A program made the translations under genes and the position numbers. The notes beneath the pieces were generated by a model. The model had not been told where the DNA came from and did no database searches. It saw only the letters and a program-made list of their open reading frames with translations. A DNA stretch of 64,000 bases, taken from assembly GCA_017617915.1 (NCBI GenBank), contig JAFZVH010000053.1, positions 355 to 64,354 of the forward strand, written 5' to 3'. Of the stretch, positions 36,937-46,327 are shown one piece after another (within the stretch, counting starts at the first letter, position 1; every line of letters starts with the position of its first letter). The DNA comes from Alphaproteobacteria bacterium (GTDB lineage: Bacteria > Pseudomonadota > Alphaproteobacteria > Rs-D84).

Positions 36937-39123
36937 ATGTTATTTGGTTCAAAAAAGAAAAAAGATGAAACAACTCATCTGAATAACCCTGTTGTGGTTG
37001 AAATTGAATATGGTGATGAAAAACTGCGCCTGGAAACTGGTCGTATGGCGAAACAGGCGAATGGCGCGGTGTTGGCAACGATGGGTGGCACAATGGTTTT
37101 GGCGACCGTATGTGCAGAAAAAACCGCGGTTGAAGGGCAAGACTTTTTCCCATTGACGGTTGATTACCAAGAAAAATTTGCGTCTGCGGGTCGTATCCCT
37201 GGTTCGCGTGATCGTCGTGAAGGCAAAGCCAGCATCGGCGAAACCCTGATTGCGCGTTTGATTGACCGTCCAATTCGTCCATTGTTCCCAGAAACATTCA
37301 AAAACAAAGTCCAAGTTATTGCCCAGGTTTTTTCTTATGACAGAAAGAACCAACCTGATATTTTGGCAATGATTGCGTCTTCAGCGGCACTTGCACTGTC
37401 TGGTGTTCCGTTTGCAGGTCCAATTGGTGCAGCACGTATTGGTTATATGAACGGTAAATACATTTTGAACCCGTCAAAAAAGCAGGTTGAAGATTCAGAA
37501 ATGGATTTGGTTGTTGCAGCAACAAAAGACGGTGTTTTGATGGTTGAATCTGAAATTGGTGAATTAGACGAAGCAACAACACTTGGCGCGGTCAAGTTCG
37601 GCTTTGATGCACAACAGGCTGTTATCAAAGCGATAAACGAACTGACTGAAATGGCGGGTAAAGAACGTTGGGCAATTCCAGAAAAGACACCTGAATATGT
37701 CGAAATGGAAAAGCGATTTGAACAATTTGCGGGTGATATTGAATCTGCACTGGCAATCAAGGAAAAATTGCATCGTTTGGAAACATTGGCGGAAATTCAT
37801 GCATCGGCCAAAGCACTTATTCCAGAAATGTTCCCAGATACAACTGTTGCAACATCAACATTGGAATCTGCGGCGGATGAAATTATTGAAAATCTGACTG
37901 CGCGTATCATGCGCTCAAACATTTTGGCGGGCAAGCCACGTATCGATGGACGTGATACAAAAACAGTACGCCCAATTGAAATTGAACTGGGTGTATTGCC
38001 ACGTGCACATGGTTCTGCACTGTTCACACGCGGTGAAACCCAGGCTTTGGTTTCTCTGACGCTTGGTGGCGGCAAAGATGCCCTGCCAATCGAATCTTTG
38101 GATGGTGCCGACGAACGTGATTTTATATTGAACTATAATTTCCCTGGCTTTTCTGTTGGTGAAGCCAAAGGTTTAAAGGCCCCAGGTCGTCGTGAAATTG
38201 GTCATGGCAACTTGGCATGGCGCGCAGTTCATCCTATGATTCCACCACGCAGTGAATTTGATTATGTAATTCGTGTGTGTTCAGATATTTTGGAATCGAA
38301 CGGTTCATCATCTATGGCAACAACATGTGGTGCTACACTTGCGATGATGGATGGTGGTGTTCCAATGAAGCGTCCTGTTGCAGGTATTGCGATGGGGCTT
38401 ATCAAAGAAGGTGATGATTATGCGATTTTGACCGATATCTTGGGTGATGAAGATCATCTTGGCGATATGGACTTTAAGGTCACAGGTACAGATCAAGGTG
38501 TTACCGCATTACAGATGGATATTAAAATCACATCCATTACATTCGAAATTATGGAACGCGCACTGGCCCAGGCAAAAGAAGGTCGTATGCACATTTTGGG
38601 CAAGATTAAACAGGCAATTGAAAAGCCGCGCGATCATGTTTCTGAATATGCACCACAAATGTACACGATGAAAATCAACCCAGACAAGGTTCGCGAAGTT
38701 ATCGGCAAGGGTGGTGTGGTTATTCAGGCACTCACACGTGACACAAACACAACCATTGATTTGGAAGATGATGGTACAGTCAAGATATTGGCGGTCACGC
38801 GCGAAGACGCAGATGCAGCGATTGCCAAAATTAAAGAAATTGTTGCCGAACCCGAGGTTGGCCAGATTTATGCTGGTACGGTTTCTGGGGTCAAAGATTT
38901 TGGGCTGTTTGTAAAGATTATGAACGGCTTTGAATCCATGGTTCATATTTCTGAAATCACCGGCAAGCATTTAAAGAAAATTGAAGATGCAGGTCTGAAA
39001 GAAGGCGATCAAGTGTTCGTCAGGTATCAAGGTGTCGACAAACGTGGTAAAACACGTCTGTCTATGGTTGGTATTGACCAAAAGACCGGCGAAGAAGTAA
39101 AAAAAGAAAAAACAGAAGAATAA
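36937..39123 (+). CDS. pnp: polyribonucleotide nucleotidyltransferase (PNPase)
   Basis: Two RNase PH domains, then KH (VIGKGGVVIQAL) and S1 (GQIYAGTVSGVKDFGLFV) domains. SD GGAGG. Confidence 0.95.
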   Translation: MLFGSKKKKDETTHLNNPVVVEIEYGDEKLRLETGRMAKQANGAVLATMGGTMVLATVCAEKTAVEGQDFFPLTVDYQEKFASAGRIPGSRDRREGKASIGETLIARLIDRPIRPLFPETFKNKVQVIAQVFSYDRKNQPDILAMIASSAALALSGVPFAGPIGAARIGYMNGKYILNPSKKQVEDSEMDLVVAATKDGVLMVESEIGELDEATTLGAVKFGFDAQQAVIKAINELTEMAGKERWAIPEKTPEYVEMEKRFEQFAGDIESALAIKEKLHRLETLAEIHASAKALIPEMFPDTTVATSTLESAADEIIENLTARIMRSNILAGKPRIDGRDTKTVRPIEIELGVLPRAHGSALFTRGETQALVSLTLGGGKDALPIESLDGADERDFILNYNFPGFSVGEAKGLKAPGRREIGHGNLAWRAVHPMIPPRSEFDYVIRVCSDILESNGSSSMATTCGATLAMMDGGVPMKRPVAGIAMGLIKEGDDYAILTDILGDEDHLGDMDFKVTGTDQGVTALQMDIKITSITFEIMERALAQAKEGRMHILGKIKQAIEKPRDHVSEYAPQMYTMKINPDKVREVIGKGGVVIQALTRDTNTTIDLEDDGTVKILAVTREDADAAIAKIKEIVAEPEVGQIYAGTVSGVKDFGLFVKIMNGFESMVHISEITGKHLKKIEDAGLKEGDQVFVRYQGVDKRGKTRLSMVGIDQKTGEEVKKEKTEE

Positions 39124-39132
39124 TAAGAAAAT

Positions 39133-39154
39133 TGTCCGACCGTTTGGTCGGACA
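39133..39154 (+). terminator. stable 3' hairpin after pnp (no U-tract)
   Basis: TGTCCGACC-gttt-GGTCGGACA, a 9-bp stem. No T-run follows, so it may be a stabiliser or a weak terminator. Confidence 0.45.
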
Positions 39155-39184
39155 GTTAGTCTTGATAGATTCATGGGGGTCAAA

Positions 39185-39484
39185 ATGGATGTAGATGCTT
39201 TAATGGCTCAGGCAAGCGATTTGCAATCCAAGGTTGCCGCCGCCCAAGAAAAATTGGGTGGAATGCGCGTCAAAGGTATCGCGACTGGTGGTGCATGCGT
39301 CATAGATATGTCGGGAAAATACGATATTATTTCTGTAAAGATAAATCCTGATGTTTTGGCAAATGGTACCGCTGCGGTCGAAGATGCGGTTTTGGCGGCA
39401 ATGCGTGATGCCAAGGCCAAGGCCGATACATTGATTGATGATGTGATGGCGGATGCGACGGCGGGTTTGCCACTGCCGCGGTAA
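39185..39484 (+). CDS. ybaB: nucleoid-associated protein YbaB/EbfC
   Basis: About 100 aa, with MAQASDLQSKVAAAQEKL...VKGIATGGACVIDMSGKYDIISVKINPDV. The alternative start is at 39173. Confidence 0.85.
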   Translation: MDVDALMAQASDLQSKVAAAQEKLGGMRVKGIATGGACVIDMSGKYDIISVKINPDVLANGTAAVEDAVLAAMRDAKAKADTLIDDVMADATAGLPLPR

Positions 39485-39532
39485 AAAAATCTGGACAATC
39501 GTAAAAATATAATTTATGATTGGCGGGCAGTT

Positions 39533-39609
39533 GGATGTTTAGCTCAGTTGGCTAGAGCATCTGCTTTACACGCAGAGGGTCAGGGGTTCGAGTCCCTTAA
39601 CATCCACCA
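39533..39609 (+). tRNA. tRNA-Val (anticodon TAC)
   Basis: Acceptor GGATGTT/AACATCC, D arm GCTC..GAGC, anticodon stem TCTGC/GCAGA with loop TTTACAC, T arm AGGGG-TTCGAGT-CCCTT, encoded CCA. Confidence 0.92.
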
Positions 39610-39616
39610 AGTTTCT

Positions 39617-39647
39617 TAAAAAAATCCGCCGAATGGCGGATTTTTTA
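39617..39647. terminator. bidirectional intrinsic terminator
   Basis: An A-run, then ATCCGCC-gaat-GGCGGAT, then TTTTT. Overlaps the stop of the convergent TrpF-like gene. Confidence 0.8.
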
Positions 39648-40391
39648 TTTCGTGCGTCGGTTATACCAGTTAATAGCGTTTGCTAAATATGTGCGTGCCA
39701 AACTAATATCCATCGCGCCAGTTCTGTCGCGCAGACGACCTTCGGCGTCAATCCATGTTTCATAACCATCTGGTAATACAGTATCTATCTTTGCAAGGTT
39801 ATCTGCAACATTTTCTGGCGACAATCCACCCGCATAACCGAACTGTATATCTTTATAAACAGGCACTTGCCAATTTGTTGGGGCAATGCCGGCACCATAA
39901 GAACCATCAAACAGCAGATTAAACTTTGCACCCCTTGCTTTTAATTGTTCTATTTTTTGTTTAATGTTTTGGTTAAACGGTAAGATAACTTCGTATTTAT
40001 CCCAAGTTTTAATAAGTGTTGCTAATCTTTTCGCATCGAACACGTAAGTACAATCACCAATGTTTAATTGAATCCGCCTAATCAAAGGCTCGTTTGTTTT
40101 TGGATGCTGGTGCTTTAAAAATTGTTGAATTTCATCTGGTACATGGCCAAGGCAGATTTCATCACACCATCCATAGTTCACATGTAATGCAATATTTAAT
40201 GGTGTTTTGGATGATTTTACGGCATCTAGTAATTCATTGAACCATATATTACGCGGTTTGCCTTGTGCCATAGCCGATGGATGTGCTTGAACACCCAATT
40301 CCGCCAGTGGCGAAAGTTTTAGCAAATCAATCACACTTGCGGTTGGCAAATTTTCGCGTGGATCAGAACAAGTTATATATCGCAGTTTCAT
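39645..40391 (-). CDS. TrpF-like (phosphoribosylanthranilate isomerase fold) protein, paralog 1
   Basis: N-terminal YITCSD. LLFDGSYGAGIAPTNW...YAGGLSPENVADNL...WIDAEG parallels the TrpF motifs LLD..GGSG..FDW...GGLNPENV...VDVSSG. Confidence 0.6.
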   Translation of the reverse strand: MKLRYITCSDPRENLPTASVIDLLKLSPLAELGVQAHPSAMAQGKPRNIWFNELLDAVKSSKTPLNIALHVNYGWCDEICLGHVPDEIQQFLKHQHPKTNEPLIRRIQLNIGDCTYVFDAKRLATLIKTWDKYEVILPFNQNIKQKIEQLKARGAKFNLLFDGSYGAGIAPTNWQVPVYKDIQFGYAGGLSPENVADNLAKIDTVLPDGYETWIDAEGRLRDRTGAMDISLARTYLANAINWYNRRTK

Positions 40392-40403
40392 TTTATCTCC
40401 TTT

Positions 40404-41144
40404 TTAATGTTCTAATACATACTTCAATGCGTTTTGGATATAGAGTTTTGCGCGTGCAACATCGAATTGTTTAGTGTCGGTTGTTTTTAATTTCCCTTCG
40501 GCGTCAATCCATGTTTTATAATTCCGCGGCAACAGGGCATCTATCTTGGCCAAATTATCCGCAATATTTTCTGGCGACAGGCCACCGCTGTATCCCATTT
40601 TATGTTTTTTTGAAACTGGTGCCTGCCATGCATCTGGCGAAACTCCACGCCCGCCCGATGCATCAAACAGCATTGAAAATTTTGCGCCCGTTTTATCCAG
40701 TTTTTGCAATCTTGTCGCTTGGGCTGGTGTATATTGAAATATAAATTCTATGTCTGGATATGCGCGAATAATTTGTGAAACTTTGTCCGCGTAAAAACGA
40801 TATTTTTCTTTGCCACCGTTGATATTTATCTGAACGCGTCTGATAATCGGTTTTCCATTTGCACGTTTCATATCCCACATACGGTGCAATTCATAAGGAA
40901 TACGTCCATGGCAAAGTTCTGTACGCCATTCGCTGTTCACATGCATGGCCAGATTTACATCTGTATCGCGTGCCGCATGCATTAGCGTATCAAACCAAAC
41001 ATATCGTGGCATATTGGCCGAGAATTTTGACGGATGTGCCTGAATCGCAAACTCTGACATTGGATAGCGTTCGCCAAGTGCGATAATATCATCGACATAA
41101 TTATATTCGCGCATATCACTGCAAGTTATTTTTTCAAGTTTCAT
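40404..41144 (-). CDS. TrpF-like protein, paralog 2
   Basis: KITCSD, MLFDASGGRGVSPDAW...YSGGLSPENIADNL...WIDAEG. SD AAAGGAG. The start lies 11 nt inside the rlmN 3' end. Confidence 0.6.
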   Translation of the reverse strand: MKLEKITCSDMREYNYVDDIIALGERYPMSEFAIQAHPSKFSANMPRYVWFDTLMHAARDTDVNLAMHVNSEWRTELCHGRIPYELHRMWDMKRANGKPIIRRVQININGGKEKYRFYADKVSQIIRAYPDIEFIFQYTPAQATRLQKLDKTGAKFSMLFDASGGRGVSPDAWQAPVSKKHKMGYSGGLSPENIADNLAKIDALLPRNYKTWIDAEGKLKTTDTKQFDVARAKLYIQNALKYVLEH

Positions 41145-42240
41145 CTGACACTCCTTTTGTATTATTCAATCGTAATTGCCCGCAAGCCGAACCAATATCA
41201 TTACCGCGTTCGCGTCTTATACGTGCATGAATTCCGTTTTTGATTAAAATATCTTGGAAACGATGAACTGCATTACCCGATGGCGATGTGAATTCGCGTT
41301 CCGCGACCGCATTCCAAGGTATTAAATTCACCATGCAGTTTTTCCCGCGCAACAATTCAGACAACTCATTCGCGCATTCTGTGGTTGCGTTTAGTAAATT
41401 GCCGTTTGCATCCCCTACCAGTAAATATTCAATCATCAGTTGGCGGTTGTGTGTGTCTGTAAAGCGCCATGCGGCATCCATTACTTGGGCAATAGTATAT
41501 TTATTTGCAATAGGCATTAGTTTTTTGCGCAATTCATCATTTGGCGCGTGCAAAGATATTGCCAAATTTATTGGTCGTCCCCAAGCAATCAAATCTTCTA
41601 TCCCTGGCACAATCCCGCATGTTGAAACAGTGATTCGCCGCCAACCAATTCCCATATCTGTGTTTGCGCGTTCGATAAAGCCAATCACATTTTGCGTGTT
41701 CTGTAATGGTTCGCCTGTTCCCATAACCACAATATGCGAAACATCATTATTATTTGCATCGCCGTTAGGGCGAATTGGTTTTTCAGAAAACTTATCACCG
41801 CGCAGTTCCCATTGGGCAACCAAGATTTGTGAAAAAATTTCGTTCACCGTCAGATTGCGTTTAAGCCCCAGCAGAGTGCTTGCACAAAACTTGCACCCCA
41901 TTGCACAACCGGCCTGTGAGCTGACGCAAACGCTGTTGCCATAACTGGTGCGCATCAGAACGCACTCTATTTTTTCGCCATCAGAAAGTTCCAACAAAAA
42001 CTTTGTTGTTTCGCCATCAGATGATTCCAGTTTTTTGATAACACGCACAAGTAAGGTTTGTGCGCATTCATCTAAATCTTGGCGCAATTTTTCAGGTAAA
42101 TTTTTCATAACCGAAAAATCCGGCGCACCACGCGACATCCATTCAGAAATTTGTTTGGCGCGAAATTTTGGTTGCCCCATATCGGTTACAAACTTTTCAA
42201 GTTCCGCGTTTGTTAAATCAAAAAGAATCGTTTTTGTCAT
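41134..42240 (-). CDS. rlmN: 23S rRNA/tRNA (adenine-C2)-methyltransferase RlmN (radical SAM)
   Basis: FRAKQISEW and the radical-SAM cluster CVSSQAGCAMGCKFCAST. C-terminal GSACGQL. Confidence 0.92.
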   Translation of the reverse strand: MTKTILFDLTNAELEKFVTDMGQPKFRAKQISEWMSRGAPDFSVMKNLPEKLRQDLDECAQTLLVRVIKKLESSDGETTKFLLELSDGEKIECVLMRTSYGNSVCVSSQAGCAMGCKFCASTLLGLKRNLTVNEIFSQILVAQWELRGDKFSEKPIRPNGDANNNDVSHIVVMGTGEPLQNTQNVIGFIERANTDMGIGWRRITVSTCGIVPGIEDLIAWGRPINLAISLHAPNDELRKKLMPIANKYTIAQVMDAAWRFTDTHNRQLMIEYLLVGDANGNLLNATTECANELSELLRGKNCMVNLIPWNAVAEREFTSPSGNAVHRFQDILIKNGIHARIRRERGNDIGSACGQLRLNNTKGVSDET

Positions 42241-43061
42241 AGTTTATATCTGTTGTCGTTGATAACAACCACCGCCTTGCGGCGCAGTTGTTTCAGTTGC
42301 TGGTCTGCAATGAACATTGCCTGACGATACATTGCATTTTGTTTTATTACTTTGTCCAAGTCGCCATATTCTGATGTTTTTTTAGACGAGCATACCAAAA
42401 AGACATTTCCATCAACGGCATCTGACCAAGTCAAATTACCAATGCCAGCGATTTGTTCGCGAACCTCGGGCGCGATTTCATATTGCAGTGCAGTGAACTT
42501 TTGTGGCGTGCCACCAAGTTTTTCCGCCATATCGACCGCATCATCGCAACTTTTGGGTTTGGTCAATTTTTTTACAACGCTGTCTGGGACATCCACAAGG
42601 CGTACCATTGTAAGTTCCAATGGCAGTCCATGTTCACGCTCCAATGAAATTTTTTCATTCTGAATATCTTCTTTGGTTACATCGATAGTTGGCATAATCG
42701 TTCTTGCAATAATCATTTGCCATGCGATATCTGCGCGCATCGCATTTCGTGCCATTTCACGCATAGATGCAGACATTTCACCAAGATTCATACGCGCCAG
42801 TTCACTGTCCACATCGCGGTCGCTGGGCACTGCGCCAAAATTTGCGGCATAGTTTAATTTTACAGTGTCATCTATAATGTTCTGCAATGCTTGGTGGCGA
42901 TTATCGGTTGCAGTATTACCTTGACGCGACATCAGTTCAGTTCTTGCAGTGATATCTGTGTCGGTAATTGGTTTCCCGCCAACAGTTGCAACAACTGTTG
43001 CCGCATTCGCAATTTCTGTGTTCAATAAAATCACAGATAATAATACCCAAATTTTTTTCAT
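42237..43061 (-). CDS. SurA N-terminal-domain periplasmic chaperone-like protein
   Basis: Has a signal peptide. ATVGGKPITDTDITARTELM matches the SurA N-terminal pattern. I recognise no parvulin domain. Positioned downstream of lptD. Confidence 0.6.
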   Translation of the reverse strand: MKKIWVLLSVILLNTEIANAATVVATVGGKPITDTDITARTELMSRQGNTATDNRHQALQNIIDDTVKLNYAANFGAVPSDRDVDSELARMNLGEMSASMREMARNAMRADIAWQMIIARTIMPTIDVTKEDIQNEKISLEREHGLPLELTMVRLVDVPDSVVKKLTKPKSCDDAVDMAEKLGGTPQKFTALQYEIAPEVREQIAGIGNLTWSDAVDGNVFLVCSSKKTSEYGDLDKVIKQNAMYRQAMFIADQQLKQLRRKAVVVINDNRYKL

Positions 43062-43072
43062 TCCTTTCCCCT

Positions 43073-45082
43073 TTAATAATGTTTGCCTTCCACGCTTATG
43101 CCGAAACGGAATTGAAAAGTAGTGTTTCCGACATAGTCGCCTTTTATTGCATTATCGCGTTTATATCCCAAACTCAAATAATAACATGGGTGTTCGTAAT
43201 AAAGTGTTCCATTATGGTTTTGAAATCTTGTGTCGGTCATATTATATACAGAATTCCAACGCAAAGACAACCTGTCGGTCAATGCCAGCCCGATACCGCC
43301 GGCGATTTCATTTATAGTTTCTTCTTGAACCAAAACATTTGCAAATTGTTTTGACCAAATATGTCCAACATTTATAAAGTTTTTAGATTTATACAGGCGC
43401 GCATTAGTTTCAACATGCCGTAGCCCAAAATTGTTGCGATCAAGACGGAAAGTGCTGTACATATTTAACCATCGCATATTGTTATAGGCCAACCGCCCAA
43501 CATAATCCGAAGCACCATTATAAAAACCACTGTTTATATCGGTATTTGGGCGCGTAGTAAAATCGTATGTTTGGCCAAGGAAAGTTTCAAATGTGCGCCC
43601 GCGGGAATCAAATGTCGCAAAGCGCACGCCATAATCTGCAAATGTTCCGTTTTCCCACAAGTCTAAACCAGAAAACCTGTTGTTCGAAAACAATGTTAAA
43701 TCTGAAAGCAATGCACCAACAGAATCATTGTTTGCGGCAAATTCATTGTCAGAAATATGGCGCATAACAGTTAAACGTGCGCGGGGTTCTATGACATTAG
43801 TCCAAGTGTTGCCAGCTTTGAACATTGGCAAACCCCATTCTAAATAACCACTGGGCAGAAAGCGTGTTTTAAGGCCAGAATACACAGTACCATCAACCAT
43901 GGTCGTATTATCAAAATTATACACATCGTATCTGGTCGCTAAACTTGCAGTAATACGATTTCCGCCCCACAGAGTCCACGGCGAAATCACCCGTGCTTCA
44001 CCAATCAAGCGTTGGGATGCAACACCATCGCCTTCTATTCCCAACACATCCCCAGTAAATGTTGCATAAGTTTCAGAAAAAAATGGGTCCGTTTGATATG
44101 TGCCGCGGATGTTTGGCAAAATATTTCCACTTGGCAAGGCGCGTGTGTTGCTGTATTTACGCAGTTCTTGGAAGATATGAGCATCGGCAACAACATAACC
44201 AGATTGACCAAAAAGTTCAAGTCTTGCACCAGAATCCAAATATGGTTGCCCACTGTAAAATCCATACTTTTGCAAGTATGTTTTATCCGATGCGCGCGCA
44301 AGAAATACGGTGGCGCGGGCGTTGTCGCCAAGTTCGATAATGTCATTGTTAAACAAGTGCCAACGATTTTCACCCTCGCGATTATGCGTAAAGGAACCTG
44401 TTGTTCTAAACTCTGAATGCGGGGCATTCAGTCTATGATTTAACTGCAATAAAGGATTTTCTTTGGTTAAATATGAAAATGTGACCGTCATATCGTGCGT
44501 ATCAGACAAATAAATGTACAGCGGTAAATTTATCTGGGTCCCCATTTTGTTTGTAGAGCCCAAATTCGGCATCAACAATCCAGTTTTATGTTTGACGCTG
44601 GGGTCTGGCATACTGAAATAAGGCAGCCACATAACGGGTATATCATAAACCCAAAATGCCATATTATAAAAATACAACATTTTTTCATCCAGTTCGTGTT
44701 TTGCGCGTGCGGCGGTAATTTCCCACGCTTCACCAAAACTGTCACAGTTTTTACATGCGGTGAACAGTGCATCATAGGCGGTTGTTGTATCACCTTGGCG
44801 AACGATATTATCAGATTCCATATACACGTTTTTCCCAAGCCATATTTGAATATCACTGCCTGAAACATCTTTTCCGCCCTTGGAAATATATGAATCAACC
44901 AAGGTCATTTTTTGACCTGATTTATTGGTAATTTCTGTTTTGCCAACAGTTTTTATTGTTTCAGATTTTACATTGTATTCGATTTTGTCGGCTTTGATTG
45001 TTGCAGGCTCGTTCACATCAACCGATAGAGCAAACGCGGATGTGCAAAACAGAACAGAAAAGATCAAACAAATTTTTTTCAT
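43073..45082 (-). CDS. lptD: LPS-assembly protein LptD
   Basis: Signal peptide MKKICLIFSVLFCTSAFA, an OstA-like N-terminus (IKADKIEYN), and a large beta-barrel ending in an aromatic residue. 669 aa. Confidence 0.85.
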   Translation of the reverse strand: MKKICLIFSVLFCTSAFALSVDVNEPATIKADKIEYNVKSETIKTVGKTEITNKSGQKMTLVDSYISKGGKDVSGSDIQIWLGKNVYMESDNIVRQGDTTTAYDALFTACKNCDSFGEAWEITAARAKHELDEKMLYFYNMAFWVYDIPVMWLPYFSMPDPSVKHKTGLLMPNLGSTNKMGTQINLPLYIYLSDTHDMTVTFSYLTKENPLLQLNHRLNAPHSEFRTTGSFTHNREGENRWHLFNNDIIELGDNARATVFLARASDKTYLQKYGFYSGQPYLDSGARLELFGQSGYVVADAHIFQELRKYSNTRALPSGNILPNIRGTYQTDPFFSETYATFTGDVLGIEGDGVASQRLIGEARVISPWTLWGGNRITASLATRYDVYNFDNTTMVDGTVYSGLKTRFLPSGYLEWGLPMFKAGNTWTNVIEPRARLTVMRHISDNEFAANNDSVGALLSDLTLFSNNRFSGLDLWENGTFADYGVRFATFDSRGRTFETFLGQTYDFTTRPNTDINSGFYNGASDYVGRLAYNNMRWLNMYSTFRLDRNNFGLRHVETNARLYKSKNFINVGHIWSKQFANVLVQEETINEIAGGIGLALTDRLSLRWNSVYNMTDTRFQNHNGTLYYEHPCYYLSLGYKRDNAIKGDYVGNTTFQFRFGISVEGKHY

Positions 45083-46137
45083 TTTCTAAACAACAACACC
45101 ATAATTACGACTAACACAGTCAATTCTGCGCAACCCAAAGCAATCAAACTTGTCAAACTGGTCAGCATATTCGAAGCCGACATAAATCCCGCCATTAAAC
45201 AAGACATTGCGACCACACTTGCCGCCGGCGCAAAACTGGCGCGCCGCCGCAGTAGAGAAGAACGCAATAATATTGTTAAACACAGTGCCGCAAGAATAAT
45301 ATTCATAAATGGCATCAAGATTCTGTTGCAGATTTCAGACATAACCGTTTTATATTGTTTTTTACTAACATTTTCTTTCTTTACGCTGAACAGTTCCATG
45401 GTTGACATACGGCGCGCCCTGAAAGCAGAATCATTATTTTTTTCCGAAACACTTAAATCCATATCAAATGTATCAAAAGTTCCAATAATTTCGCCATTGC
45501 CAGTTGCTTGCAGTGAACCATCGGTCATAACAATAGAAAGCCCACGCATAGTCGTCACCAGTTTGCCATTATTTGCAAATATTGTAATTTGTGACTTTTT
45601 ATCGCGCGTATCAGACAGCATAACCTGGCTAAGGTCGTGATTAGAAACCTTGTCAACATATACAACCAAGCCGCGCGCCATATCTGTAAATGATGCTTCT
45701 TGCAATTTTAGATGCGCAAGTCCATACCGCAAATTCCACTGGGTGTCGTAAAACTTTGCCTGACTTGCCGGTACAAGCCATAAATTTAAAATCAAATTCA
45801 TTACGGTCATAACGCCGGCAAAAATTAGGGCAGGTCGTGCAAGTTTCGCGGGCGAATACCCCGCGGACGCCATAACCACAACTTCGTTGTCGCCAATCAT
45901 TTTGTTATACACAAACAGTATCGCTATAAATGTTGCAAATGGTACAATAATAGATACGATAAATGGAACCATCAAAGCGGTAAGTCCCAAAAAATCCGTG
46001 AACTTTACGCCATAATTCATCAAGAATTTCATCATAGACATAATCTGGACCATCCATGCCAGACCAGTTAAAACCATCAACAGCATAACAAAAACCGCAA
46101 CCTGTTGTCGTGTAAAATATTTATCTATGATATTCAT
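45079..46137 (-). CDS. LPS export ABC permease, LptF/LptG family
   Basis: MNIIDKYFTRQ... N-terminus, six TM segments with a central periplasmic domain. Overlaps the lptD start. The ORF-track start at 46209 is less likely. Confidence 0.8.
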   Translation of the reverse strand: MNIIDKYFTRQQVAVFVMLLMVLTGLAWMVQIMSMMKFLMNYGVKFTDFLGLTALMVPFIVSIIVPFATFIAILFVYNKMIGDNEVVVMASAGYSPAKLARPALIFAGVMTVMNLILNLWLVPASQAKFYDTQWNLRYGLAHLKLQEASFTDMARGLVVYVDKVSNHDLSQVMLSDTRDKKSQITIFANNGKLVTTMRGLSIVMTDGSLQATGNGEIIGTFDTFDMDLSVSEKNNDSAFRARRMSTMELFSVKKENVSKKQYKTVMSEICNRILMPFMNIILAALCLTILLRSSLLRRRASFAPAASVVAMSCLMAGFMSASNMLTSLTSLIALGCAELTVLVVIMVLLFRK

Positions 46138-46222
46138 CTTAAACCAAAGTATAGAGCCCAAACTCTCGCCCGTCAAATATTTAATTAAAGTAATAAAAAA
46201 CATTTGCATTTGTCCGATTCGG

Positions 46223-46282
46223 TGTTATAATCGGATTGTTCTTAAAAGTTAAATTTTAAGGGCGGGGCGAAAAACCCCGCCC
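46223..46282 (+). promoter_or_regulatory. nusA promoter (extended -10) and 5'-UTR hairpin
   Basis: TGtTATAAT (46223-46231), then GGGCGGGG-cgaaaaa-CCCCGCCC (46260-46282) with no U-tract. Confidence 0.4.
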
Positions 46283-46327
46283 TTATAGGTAAAGTAAGAC
46301 ATCAAACAAATAACAAGGAGAATATAA

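Noticed and set aside
39533-41144. Whether a genomic island has integrated at tRNA-Val(TAC) carrying the TrpF-like pair.
   Set aside because: There is no duplicated tRNA 3' segment (att repeat) at the far end and no integrase. The upstream paralog starts inside rlmN, so the pair is part of the core operon.
41288-41944. 218-aa plus-strand ORF.
   Set aside because: It is antisense to rlmN, whose radical-SAM CxxxCxxC motif lies on the minus strand. It has no SD or recognisable motifs.
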